From Alkanindiges sp. WGS2144 (GTDB lineage Bacteria; Pseudomonadota; Gammaproteobacteria; Pseudomonadales; Moraxellaceae), in the NCBI RefSeq assembly GCF_043950625.1, contig NZ_CP171007.1: DNA of 32,000 bases. One strand, written 5' to 3'. The position numbers were made by a program, and so were the translations under genes. Each line of letters opens with the position of its first letter. Position 1 is the stretch's first letter. Positions 19,635 to 27,038 of the stretch are shown piece by piece. A model generated the notes under the pieces. That model saw only the letters and a program-made list of their open reading frames with translations, searched no databases and was not told where the DNA came from.

Positions 19635-22214
19635 ATGCGTTTTGAGAAGTTTACAGATCGATTACAACAAGCTTTATCCAATGCCCAGTCGCTAGCTGCC
19701 GGTCGTGACCATACCGGTATTGAGCCTTTTCATATTCTGGTCACTTTGCTGGAAGAATCATCTAACCTTAGTTTATTGCAACAGGCAGGGGCAAATATGC
19801 CCGCGCTGCAAAACAAACTCCAGCAAGCCCTGGAAGATGCTCCAAAGTTGGCTAGCCCTACAGGTGATATTAACCTGACTCCGGAAGCGGTTCGTATTTT
19901 GAATCTGGCTGATAGCTATGCCCAAAAAGCGGGTGATGAATATATTGCCAGTGAGTGGGTGTTGCAAGCCTTAAGCGAGCAGGGGACGACTAAAAAAATC
20001 ATTGAAGCCGCAGGAGCAGACAGTAAAAAACTGCGTGCCGTCATTGAACAAATTCGAGGAAATGAAAAAGTGACCAGCAATACCCATGAAGACCAGCGCG
20101 AAGCATTAAGTAAATATACTATTGATTTAACCGAGCGCGCATTAAGTGGCAAACTTGATCCGGTGATTGGCCGCGATGACGAAATCCGCCGTACTGTTCA
20201 GGTGCTGGCACGCCGTACTAAAAACAACCCGGTTTTAATTGGTGAACCGGGTGTGGGTAAAACGGCCATTGTGGAAGGGCTGGCGCAGCGTATTGTCAAT
20301 GGTGAAGTACCTGAAGGCCTGAAAAACAAAAAAGTATTGTCTTTAGATTTAGGCGCATTGATTGCAGGTGCTAAATTCCGTGGTGAGTTTGAAGAGCGCC
20401 TAAAAGCAGTGCTTAATGATCTGGCCAAACAGGAAGGTCAGGTGATTTTGTTTATTGATGAATTGCACACCATGGTAGGAGCAGGCAAAGCTGATGGCGC
20501 AATGGATGCTGGCAATATGCTCAAGCCTGCCCTGGCGCGTGGTGAGTTGCATTGTGTAGGCGCCACCACACTGGACGAGTACCGCCAGTATATTGAAAAA
20601 GATGCAGCGCTGGAGCGTCGCTTCCAGAAAGTGCTGGTCGATGAACCATCTGTGGCCGATACCATTGCAATTTTGCGTGGCCTAAAAGAGCGCTATCAAT
20701 TACACCATAATGTGGAAATTGAAGACTCGGCGATTATTGCCGCAGCCAAAATGTCACATCGTTATGTGACTGACCGTAAGCTGCCGGATAAAGCCATTGA
20801 TTTAATTGACGAGGCAGCCAGTCGCTTGCGCATGGAAATGGACAGTAAACCTGAAGCACTGGATCGCATTGACCGCCGCCTGATTCAGCTCAAAATGGAA
20901 TATGAGGCCATTAAACATGATGAGCAGGCTGTAGCCCAGCAAAAACAATTGACCAGCCAGATAGAGCAGCTGGAAAAAGAATTGGCTGATATGACAGAAG
21001 TCTGGCAGTCTGAAAAAGCCCTGATGCAGGGTGCGCAAAACTTCCGTGAAGAACTGGATAAAGCCAAAATTGCCTATGCCAAGGCTGAGCGTGATAGCGA
21101 TATTGCCGAAATGTCACGGCTAAAATATAGCGTGATTCCCGAGCTGGAAAAGAAAATCGCCAGCGCGGAAAAGGCTGAGGATCAGGAGCAGGGCAAGTTC
21201 AAGCTGCTAAGAACCAAAGTGACCGATAATGAAATTGCTGAAGTGGTCAGTGCTGCAACCGGAATTCCTGTGGCTAAAATGATGCAGGGTGAACGGGAAA
21301 AACTGCTAAATATGGAGGAGTTCCTGCATAAACGTGTGGTTGGGCAGAATGAAGCCGTGGTGGCAGTATCCAATGCTGTACGACGTTCACGTGCTGGCTT
21401 GTCTGATCCAAACCGTCCAAGCGGTTCATTCCTGTTCCTTGGGCCAACCGGCGTGGGTAAAACCGAACTCACCAAAGCGCTGGCTAACTTTTTGTTCGAC
21501 AGTGATGATGCCATGATTCGTATTGATATGAGCGAATTTATGGAAAAACACAGTGTTAGCCGCTTGGTAGGTGCACCTCCGGGCTATGTAGGCTATGAAG
21601 AGGGCGGAGTATTGACTGAGGCAGTGCGCCGTAAACCCTATAGTGTGGTGCTGTTTGATGAAGTAGAAAAGGCACATCCCGATGTGTTTAATATTCTGCT
21701 GCAAGTGCTGGATGACGGACGTCTGACTGACTCACAGGGTCGTGTGGTAGATTTTAAAAACACCGTGATTGTGATGACCTCCAACCTGGGTTCGCAGGCT
21801 ATTCGTGAACTGGGCAGTGATGCAGCGGGTGATGAAGTTAAAGCAGCTGTTATGGCGGCTGTGGGTGAGCATTTCCGGCCAGAGTTTATCAACCGGATTG
21901 ATGAGGTCGTGGTTTTCCACAGTCTGGATAAGGCACAGATCCGTGGCATTGCCGAGATTCAGCTTGATCGTTTGCGTGCCCGTTTGCAGGAGCGTGAAAT
22001 AGGCCTGCAACTGAATGACTCTGCGTTTGAGGAACTGGTACAGGTTGGCTATGATCCGGTGTTTGGTGCACGGCCATTGAAACGTGCGATTCAGTCAGAA
22101 ATTGAGAACCCACTGGCACAGCATATTTTGTCAGGTGATTTCCAGCCGGGGGATCAAATTGAAGTGAAACGCGAAGGTAAGCAATTGAGCTTTGAAAAAA
22201 TCAAGCTACACTAA
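19635..22214 (+). CDS. clpB: Disaggregase chaperone ClpB
   Basis: Two AAA+ modules (GEPGVGKT and GPTGVGKT), a long coiled-coil middle domain, 859 aa, and SD AGGAGG upstream. Confidence 0.98.
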   Translation: MRFEKFTDRLQQALSNAQSLAAGRDHTGIEPFHILVTLLEESSNLSLLQQAGANMPALQNKLQQALEDAPKLASPTGDINLTPEAVRILNLADSYAQKAGDEYIASEWVLQALSEQGTTKKIIEAAGADSKKLRAVIEQIRGNEKVTSNTHEDQREALSKYTIDLTERALSGKLDPVIGRDDEIRRTVQVLARRTKNNPVLIGEPGVGKTAIVEGLAQRIVNGEVPEGLKNKKVLSLDLGALIAGAKFRGEFEERLKAVLNDLAKQEGQVILFIDELHTMVGAGKADGAMDAGNMLKPALARGELHCVGATTLDEYRQYIEKDAALERRFQKVLVDEPSVADTIAILRGLKERYQLHHNVEIEDSAIIAAAKMSHRYVTDRKLPDKAIDLIDEAASRLRMEMDSKPEALDRIDRRLIQLKMEYEAIKHDEQAVAQQKQLTSQIEQLEKELADMTEVWQSEKALMQGAQNFREELDKAKIAYAKAERDSDIAEMSRLKYSVIPELEKKIASAEKAEDQEQGKFKLLRTKVTDNEIAEVVSAATGIPVAKMMQGEREKLLNMEEFLHKRVVGQNEAVVAVSNAVRRSRAGLSDPNRPSGSFLFLGPTGVGKTELTKALANFLFDSDDAMIRIDMSEFMEKHSVSRLVGAPPGYVGYEEGGVLTEAVRRKPYSVVLFDEVEKAHPDVFNILLQVLDDGRLTDSQGRVVDFKNTVIVMTSNLGSQAIRELGSDAAGDEVKAAVMAAVGEHFRPEFINRIDEVVVFHSLDKAQIRGIAEIQLDRLRARLQEREIGLQLNDSAFEELVQVGYDPVFGARPLKRAIQSEIENPLAQHILSGDFQPGDQIEVKREGKQLSFEKIKLH

Positions 22215-22236
22215 TTCTAAGGACTATTTGAATATA

Positions 22237-22276
22237 ACAGTACCTTATCATTATTGTGACAAGGTGCTGTTTTTTT
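22237..22276 (+). terminator. Rho-independent terminator of clpB
   Basis: Stem ACAGTACCTT / AAGGTGCTGT (one G-U pair) with a 14 nt loop, followed by TTTTTTT. Confidence 0.65.
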
Positions 22277-22641
22277 ATTCAAATAAGTGGTTTTATTTGC
22301 ATTAATTGTCATATTTTGCCAAAAAAAGAAAAATAATGACGCCTTGGCTTACTTTTTTGTAAGCCATTGCCTATTGCGTAAAAAATACGAACATGGAAAA
22401 CTCCTTGTCCTCGCTTCGCTGACATCTTGCTTTCTATAAAAATTTATTATTGATAGAAATTCAGGTGGACGAAAGCATGCTCGAGGATAATTAACGTGAT
22501 GCAAAATTATCGAACCATTGATAAAAATAGTGGCATATTGCCTGAAAATTTAAAGGCTCACCTCACCATATGCCTGTTTTTCGTTAACTATCCGACTTTA
22601 AAGCTGAGTTCAATCTAGAACTACTATAGGGATCGGTTTAT

Positions 22642-23430
22642 ATGAAATTGTTTAAGCTGGCGCAAACTGAACTAAAGGCCAAATTTCAAAAAGTAGAGAA
22701 ATTTACAGTACAGGACTTAAAAGTCATGTACAGCATTTATGAAAAATACTATGAAAATACCAGTTTCAATATTTTTCAGCAGGATTTTTATAGAAAAACA
22801 GGTGCTTTTATCATATACGATCCAGAGACCAGCCGGATCGTGGGGTTTTCTACTTTACTTAGCTGCAACATCAAAACCTCTAAGAAAACATATCATGCTT
22901 TATTCAGCGGCGATACAGTCATTGAAAAAGAATTCTGGGGCTCGCGTGCTTTACAAAGAGCCATGTATCTTTATCTGCTTGCTGAAAAATTTAGGCATCC
23001 TACCGAGCCTGTGTACTGGATGTTAATTTCAAAGGGCTTTAAAACCTATCTGTTACTGGCCAATAATTTTTTTACTTATTACCCGCATTTTGAGGGTGAG
23101 CACCAGTATTTGTCTGAGATTGTAGATAGTTACTGCCGACAGTATTTTGCAGACTATTATAATCCTGCCCATAAAATCCTGGATTTTGGCAGTGATTATC
23201 AGCCACTCAAGCAAAGTGTCGCGCCCATTACTGAGCATATGCGTGTAACCAATCCGAAAATCAAATTTTTTGAGCAGTGTAATCCGAACTGGGTGCAGGG
23301 CACTGAGTTGCCTTGTATTGGAGAAATCACCTGGCAGGATATTGCCAAATATGCACAGCGTTTTATCAGCAAACCGATCAGTCAGGGCAAGCTTGAAGCA
23401 CTGATTGTGAATGAAGCTCAGCCGGTATAA
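22642..23430 (+). CDS. Hypothetical protein, possibly a GNAT-fold-like acyltransferase (family not assignable by eye); first gene of the GH3 operon
   Basis: 262 aa. A strand-helix pattern resembling GNAT motif A is present (GDTVIEKEFWGSRALQRAMYLYLL, then YWMLISKGFKTYLLL), but without the canonical R/Q-x-x-G-x-G/A motif. Its stop lies 3 nt before the next ATG. It is visibly more AT-rich than its neighbours. Confidence 0.45.
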   Translation: MKLFKLAQTELKAKFQKVEKFTVQDLKVMYSIYEKYYENTSFNIFQQDFYRKTGAFIIYDPETSRIVGFSTLLSCNIKTSKKTYHALFSGDTVIEKEFWGSRALQRAMYLYLLAEKFRHPTEPVYWMLISKGFKTYLLLANNFFTYYPHFEGEHQYLSEIVDSYCRQYFADYYNPAHKILDFGSDYQPLKQSVAPITEHMRVTNPKIKFFEQCNPNWVQGTELPCIGEITWQDIAKYAQRFISKPISQGKLEALIVNEAQPV

Positions 23431-23433
23431 TCC

Positions 23434-25029
23434 ATGAAACTACTGACCCAACTCAGCCATCGGGCACTAATTCTGGCGTGTTATGGTGCAGATCAGCGTT
23501 TTCAGAAGCAGCGCTTAGATCTGGAGCAGGTACAACGTAAAAAGCTGGCCAAAACTTTAAAGCAGCTTTATTTACCCTATTCACGGCGGCGTATAAAAGA
23601 CTATGAAAGCTTTGCTGCCAATTTGCCATTGACTCGCTATGCTGACTGGAAGGGACGCATAGAAGATATGCGCCAAGGGGGAAAAGCTTTAAGTCGTAGT
23701 AAGCTGATTCGCTACCAGCCAACTAGTGGTTCCAGTGAACATATTAAATTTATTCCGTATTACCAGGGCTTTTTAGCTGAGCTTGATAGTGCGATTGGCC
23801 CCTGGCTTAGCAGTATGTACCGTTTGCATCCACAGCTTCAGCAAGGCTCGCATTATTGGTCTATTTCATGGTTGCCCGAAAGTCAGCGCCATCTTTTAAC
23901 AGGTGCCAACCTCAATGATGACAGCATGCTGCTGGATTGGGGTAAGCGATTGCTCAGCAAGTATACACAAGCGGTATCGTCAGAAGTGGCCTTTGCCGGT
24001 AGCGCTGATGATGCCCTGTTTGCCACCTTATGCTATCTGGTAGCAGATGCGCATTTAAGCATGTTATCCGTGTGGAGTCCTACATTTGCCTTGCAGCTTC
24101 TGGACAATATGCCGCGTTGGGGCAGCCAGATTATACAGGTTTTAAGGACGGGTAGCTGGGGTGGCCGCCAGCAGTCACTGACTCATGTTAAAGCGCCACA
24201 GTCACGTCAGCGTGCCCGCTTACTGGAATACCTGTTATCCAGGCCGCTGATGGACTGGCAGGCATTATGGCCCAGTCTGACTCTGGTGTCCTGCTGGGAT
24301 ACCGCAGGGGCAAAAGCCTGGGCAGAGCAGTTACAATTGCGATTACCTTTTGCCGCGTTTGAAGGCAAGGGCTTGTGGGCTACAGAAGGGGTGGTCAGCA
24401 TTCCATATAATGAGCTTTATCCACTAGCTTACCAGAGCCATTTTTATGAATTTGAGCATCTGGCTACAGGTATGGTCGTACCCAGTTGGCAATTAAAAGA
24501 AGGTGATGAAGTTAGCCCTATCCTGACTACAGGCAGTGGACTGCTTCGTTACTGCCTGGACGATCATCTGGTAGTCACGGGTTTCTATGGCAGTGTGCCC
24601 TGTTTTAGTTTTAAGGGGCGGCGTTTTGGCGTTGATCTGGTGGGAGAGAAACTTGATCCTGATACTGCTTTAGCTGTTTTGCAAAAAGCAGCGCAAACCA
24701 GAGATTATTGCAAGCCAGTTACTCTACTGGCGATTGATACTCAAGGGCAGACAACGCCTTATTATCTGGCAGTTTTTGAAGCTGCTCACCGTAATATGCC
24801 TTGTACCACGCTGCTGGACAATCATCTAAAACAAAATTTTCATTACGAATTAGCACGCAATCTGGGGCAGCTGGCTCCTGCTCAGGTTATTTGCGTAGAT
24901 GATGGCTGGCAGTATTACAGACAGCTTGCCATGCAAAGCGGCATGGTTGAAGGCAACATTAAGCCAGAACCCTTAAAGAAAATTTATGCAGATGTATTAG
25001 CTGGCGTCAGTGTTTCTGCGGCAGAATAA
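23434..25029 (+). CDS. GH3-family adenylate-forming acyl-acid amido synthetase homologue
   Basis: Ordered GH3/ANL motifs: TSGSSEHIKFIP (nt 23722 onward), LWPSLTLVSCWDTAG, LWATEG (nt 24376 onward), FYEFE, and GLLRYCLDDHLVVTGFYGSVPCFSFKGRR (compare plant GH3 GLYRYRLGDVVKVTGF..P.F.F..R). Length 531 aa. Confidence 0.8.
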   Translation: MKLLTQLSHRALILACYGADQRFQKQRLDLEQVQRKKLAKTLKQLYLPYSRRRIKDYESFAANLPLTRYADWKGRIEDMRQGGKALSRSKLIRYQPTSGSSEHIKFIPYYQGFLAELDSAIGPWLSSMYRLHPQLQQGSHYWSISWLPESQRHLLTGANLNDDSMLLDWGKRLLSKYTQAVSSEVAFAGSADDALFATLCYLVADAHLSMLSVWSPTFALQLLDNMPRWGSQIIQVLRTGSWGGRQQSLTHVKAPQSRQRARLLEYLLSRPLMDWQALWPSLTLVSCWDTAGAKAWAEQLQLRLPFAAFEGKGLWATEGVVSIPYNELYPLAYQSHFYEFEHLATGMVVPSWQLKEGDEVSPILTTGSGLLRYCLDDHLVVTGFYGSVPCFSFKGRRFGVDLVGEKLDPDTALAVLQKAAQTRDYCKPVTLLAIDTQGQTTPYYLAVFEAAHRNMPCTTLLDNHLKQNFHYELARNLGQLAPAQVICVDDGWQYYRQLAMQSGMVEGNIKPEPLKKIYADVLAGVSVSAAE

Positions 25030-25041
25030 AAGGATACGATC

Positions 25042-26211
25042 ATGGTTGAAACTTTATTAGATTGTACGGCCAAGACAAAGCCCATGCAGATTTTTAGAAC
25101 TAATGCGGTTCAGGGATTTCATCTCCGTCCTGCCACTGTGGCAGATGATCCACAGCTGGTTAACCTGATTGCCGAATCCATGCCTGCCAATGGTGTATTG
25201 TTATCTTTTGAGCGTTGTCCCAGCTATTTAACAGCTGCCTATACCCAGTTTGAACGCCCCTGCGTGATGGTAGCGGCGGCGGATGATCAGCCTGAAAAAA
25301 TTCTGGCAATGTATAATCTAGGCGTTCGCAATTGCTTTATCAATGGAGTGGTTAAACCCTTACGTTATGTGGGCGATTTGCGCATTAACAAAACAGCACG
25401 CGGTACCGGGTTAATCAGTCTGCTCATGAGTCATTTAAAAGAATGTTATTCACAGGATGAACTTTACCAGACCGTTATATTAAACGATAATATGGTCGCC
25501 CGCCGGGTGTTACATGAGAGTCGCCCTGAAGTGCCCCCGCATTATATGGCTGACCAGGTAGAAACCTACACCTTAACCAGTTTTAAAACCAAAAAAGACA
25601 TAAACCCTAATTTACGTGTTAGCCCCATGACATTAGGGGATATCAGTGCAGTAAATCGCTTTGTCCGCCATATGGCCGACTATTATAACTTTTTACCAGC
25701 TTATAACTTTAGAGGCTTGGCTGCTCATGAACCTTACTGGAATGGTTTAAGGGTTGATGATTTTTTTGTGATAAGGCGAGCTGGTCAGATAGTGGGTTTG
25801 TTTGGTTTATGGAATCAAAAAACTTTTAAGCAAACCCGTATTGCTGACTATAGTAAGCTGACTGGCTTAATGCGACCTGCATATAATTATTGGGCAAAGC
25901 TAAGGGGTCAGTTAAGCCTACCTCAAAAGGGTAGTGCACTAAACTATCTAATGCTGCATTCTGTATTATGCAATCCATATAATACGAGTTTATTTGAAGA
26001 TATTTTAAGAGTAGCGCATCAGAAAGCTTGTAAGCGCGGTACTGAAGCCATCTGTTTTACATTGGCAGAAAATGATCCCAGACGAGACTGCAAACAATTA
26101 TTCATTGCACAAAAAGTACAGGCAATGCATGTATTTCACTGTTTTAAGGATAACCCGCTAAAGCATTTCGATGCCAGACGAATTAGTTACCTGGAGTGTG
26201 GGCGCATTTAA
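25042..26211 (+). CDS. Tandem GNAT-like acyltransferase (N-terminal half with an acyl-CoA motif, C-terminal half degenerate)
   Basis: The N-terminal half has a GNAT motif A (YVGDLRINKTARGTGLISLLMSHL, i.e. R-x-x-G-x-G-like RGTG). A second GNAT-sized half (FFVIRRAGQIVGLFGLWNQ...) lacks it. SD AAAGGA precedes the ATG, with a 12 nt gap after the GH3 gene. Confidence 0.55.
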   Translation: MVETLLDCTAKTKPMQIFRTNAVQGFHLRPATVADDPQLVNLIAESMPANGVLLSFERCPSYLTAAYTQFERPCVMVAAADDQPEKILAMYNLGVRNCFINGVVKPLRYVGDLRINKTARGTGLISLLMSHLKECYSQDELYQTVILNDNMVARRVLHESRPEVPPHYMADQVETYTLTSFKTKKDINPNLRVSPMTLGDISAVNRFVRHMADYYNFLPAYNFRGLAAHEPYWNGLRVDDFFVIRRAGQIVGLFGLWNQKTFKQTRIADYSKLTGLMRPAYNYWAKLRGQLSLPQKGSALNYLMLHSVLCNPYNTSLFEDILRVAHQKACKRGTEAICFTLAENDPRRDCKQLFIAQKVQAMHVFHCFKDNPLKHFDARRISYLECGRI

Positions 26212-26364
26212 GTTACATGAGGACACGGACACTCATCGAAATATGATTGAACTTTGTACAACAAGTTGCTAAAGTGAAAATAAGAACCAAAAATGTGGGA
26301 AGTCAGACAAATGGAAAGGCGGCTTTTATCCCCAGTTTCCAGAGCGGGTAGAAATACCAGTAAA

Positions 26365-26952
26365 ATGAGGAAGCTATCTAAAAAATATAATACTTACAAA
26401 GTGAACGCTGTAAGTGCTGGAGTCGTTTTACTGCTGAGTTCTGCGCTCCATGCTGCTACACCACTCAATGATATGGAATTAAACGATAATTTTCTGCACA
26501 ATGAAATTGCCGTCCCACAGTTGGCACTAGAGAGGCTACAAAATCCTGCACCTATAGCGGAAGCAGAACAGCAACTTCAGGTTATTGATCAGAATGAACG
26601 CATCAATAATGTTTTTGCTGATCTGGTTAAGGCAAGTGGCATTTCAAATGTACACCTCTCACTAGACAAAAAAGACCGTGAAGTCAACTATACGACCAAT
26701 AATCCTTTATTTGGCCTTGAGATTTTAAACCAGATTGCAATGGGTGACTTTGGTTCAGAACCTTTTAGTTTTCGCTGGCATGGCAACTATCACCAGATTT
26801 TTGACTTAAGCCAGATCAGTGGCATCTATTTTGATCACTCAACCGGTAGTTATGAAATTGAAAATGTGAGAGGCAAGGTAGAGTTTGAGGTTTCCAGCTA
26901 TGAAGGCAATGAGGCAGGCAGAAAATTCCGCCGTGAAATACATGTGTTCTAA
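26365..26952 (+). CDS. Hypothetical secreted protein
   Basis: The Sec-type signal MRKLSKKYNTYKVNAVSAGVVLLLSSALHA/AT only makes sense from the ATG at 26365. The ORF-track start at 26293 would add 24 hydrophilic residues in front of it. I recognise no family. Followed by the terminator at 26970..26996. Confidence 0.55.
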   Translation: MRKLSKKYNTYKVNAVSAGVVLLLSSALHAATPLNDMELNDNFLHNEIAVPQLALERLQNPAPIAEAEQQLQVIDQNERINNVFADLVKASGISNVHLSLDKKDREVNYTTNNPLFGLEILNQIAMGDFGSEPFSFRWHGNYHQIFDLSQISGIYFDHSTGSYEIENVRGKVEFEVSSYEGNEAGRKFRREIHVF

Positions 26953-26969
26953 TGGTATGGTTTAAGCCA

Positions 26970-26996
26970 AAGCCCAGTATTTACCTGGGTTTTTTT
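26970..26996 (+). terminator. Rho-independent terminator (may also serve convergent rlmL)
   Basis: Stem (AAG)CCCAG / CTGGG(TTT) with loop TATTTAC, followed by a T-run. It lies between convergent genes. Confidence 0.65.
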
Positions 26997-27038
26997 ATAT
27001 CTTATCTATATCTGATTTAATTTATAGATGCTATGTGT

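Noticed and set aside
19773-22119. Eleven minus-strand ORFs (60-110 aa) and two alternate-frame plus-strand ORFs (60 and 65 aa) inside clpB
   Set aside because: All lie entirely within the strongly supported clpB frame. They have low-complexity or Cys/Ser/Arg-rich translations and no start signals. They are typical shadow ORFs of a long gene.
22451-22560. Sigma54-like TGGCAT at about 22531 and sigma70 -35/-10 candidates upstream of the GH3 operon
   Set aside because: The TGGCAT is followed by GC at the wrong spacing for a -24/-12 promoter. The TTGATA-type -35 boxes lack convincing -10 partners. I could not locate the operon promoter with any confidence.
26293-26364. Upstream start (26293) for the secreted protein
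   Set aside because: It would place 24 hydrophilic residues before the signal peptide. The ATG at 26365 gives a normal n-region (MRKLSKK). Neither start has a strong SD, so this remains uncertain.
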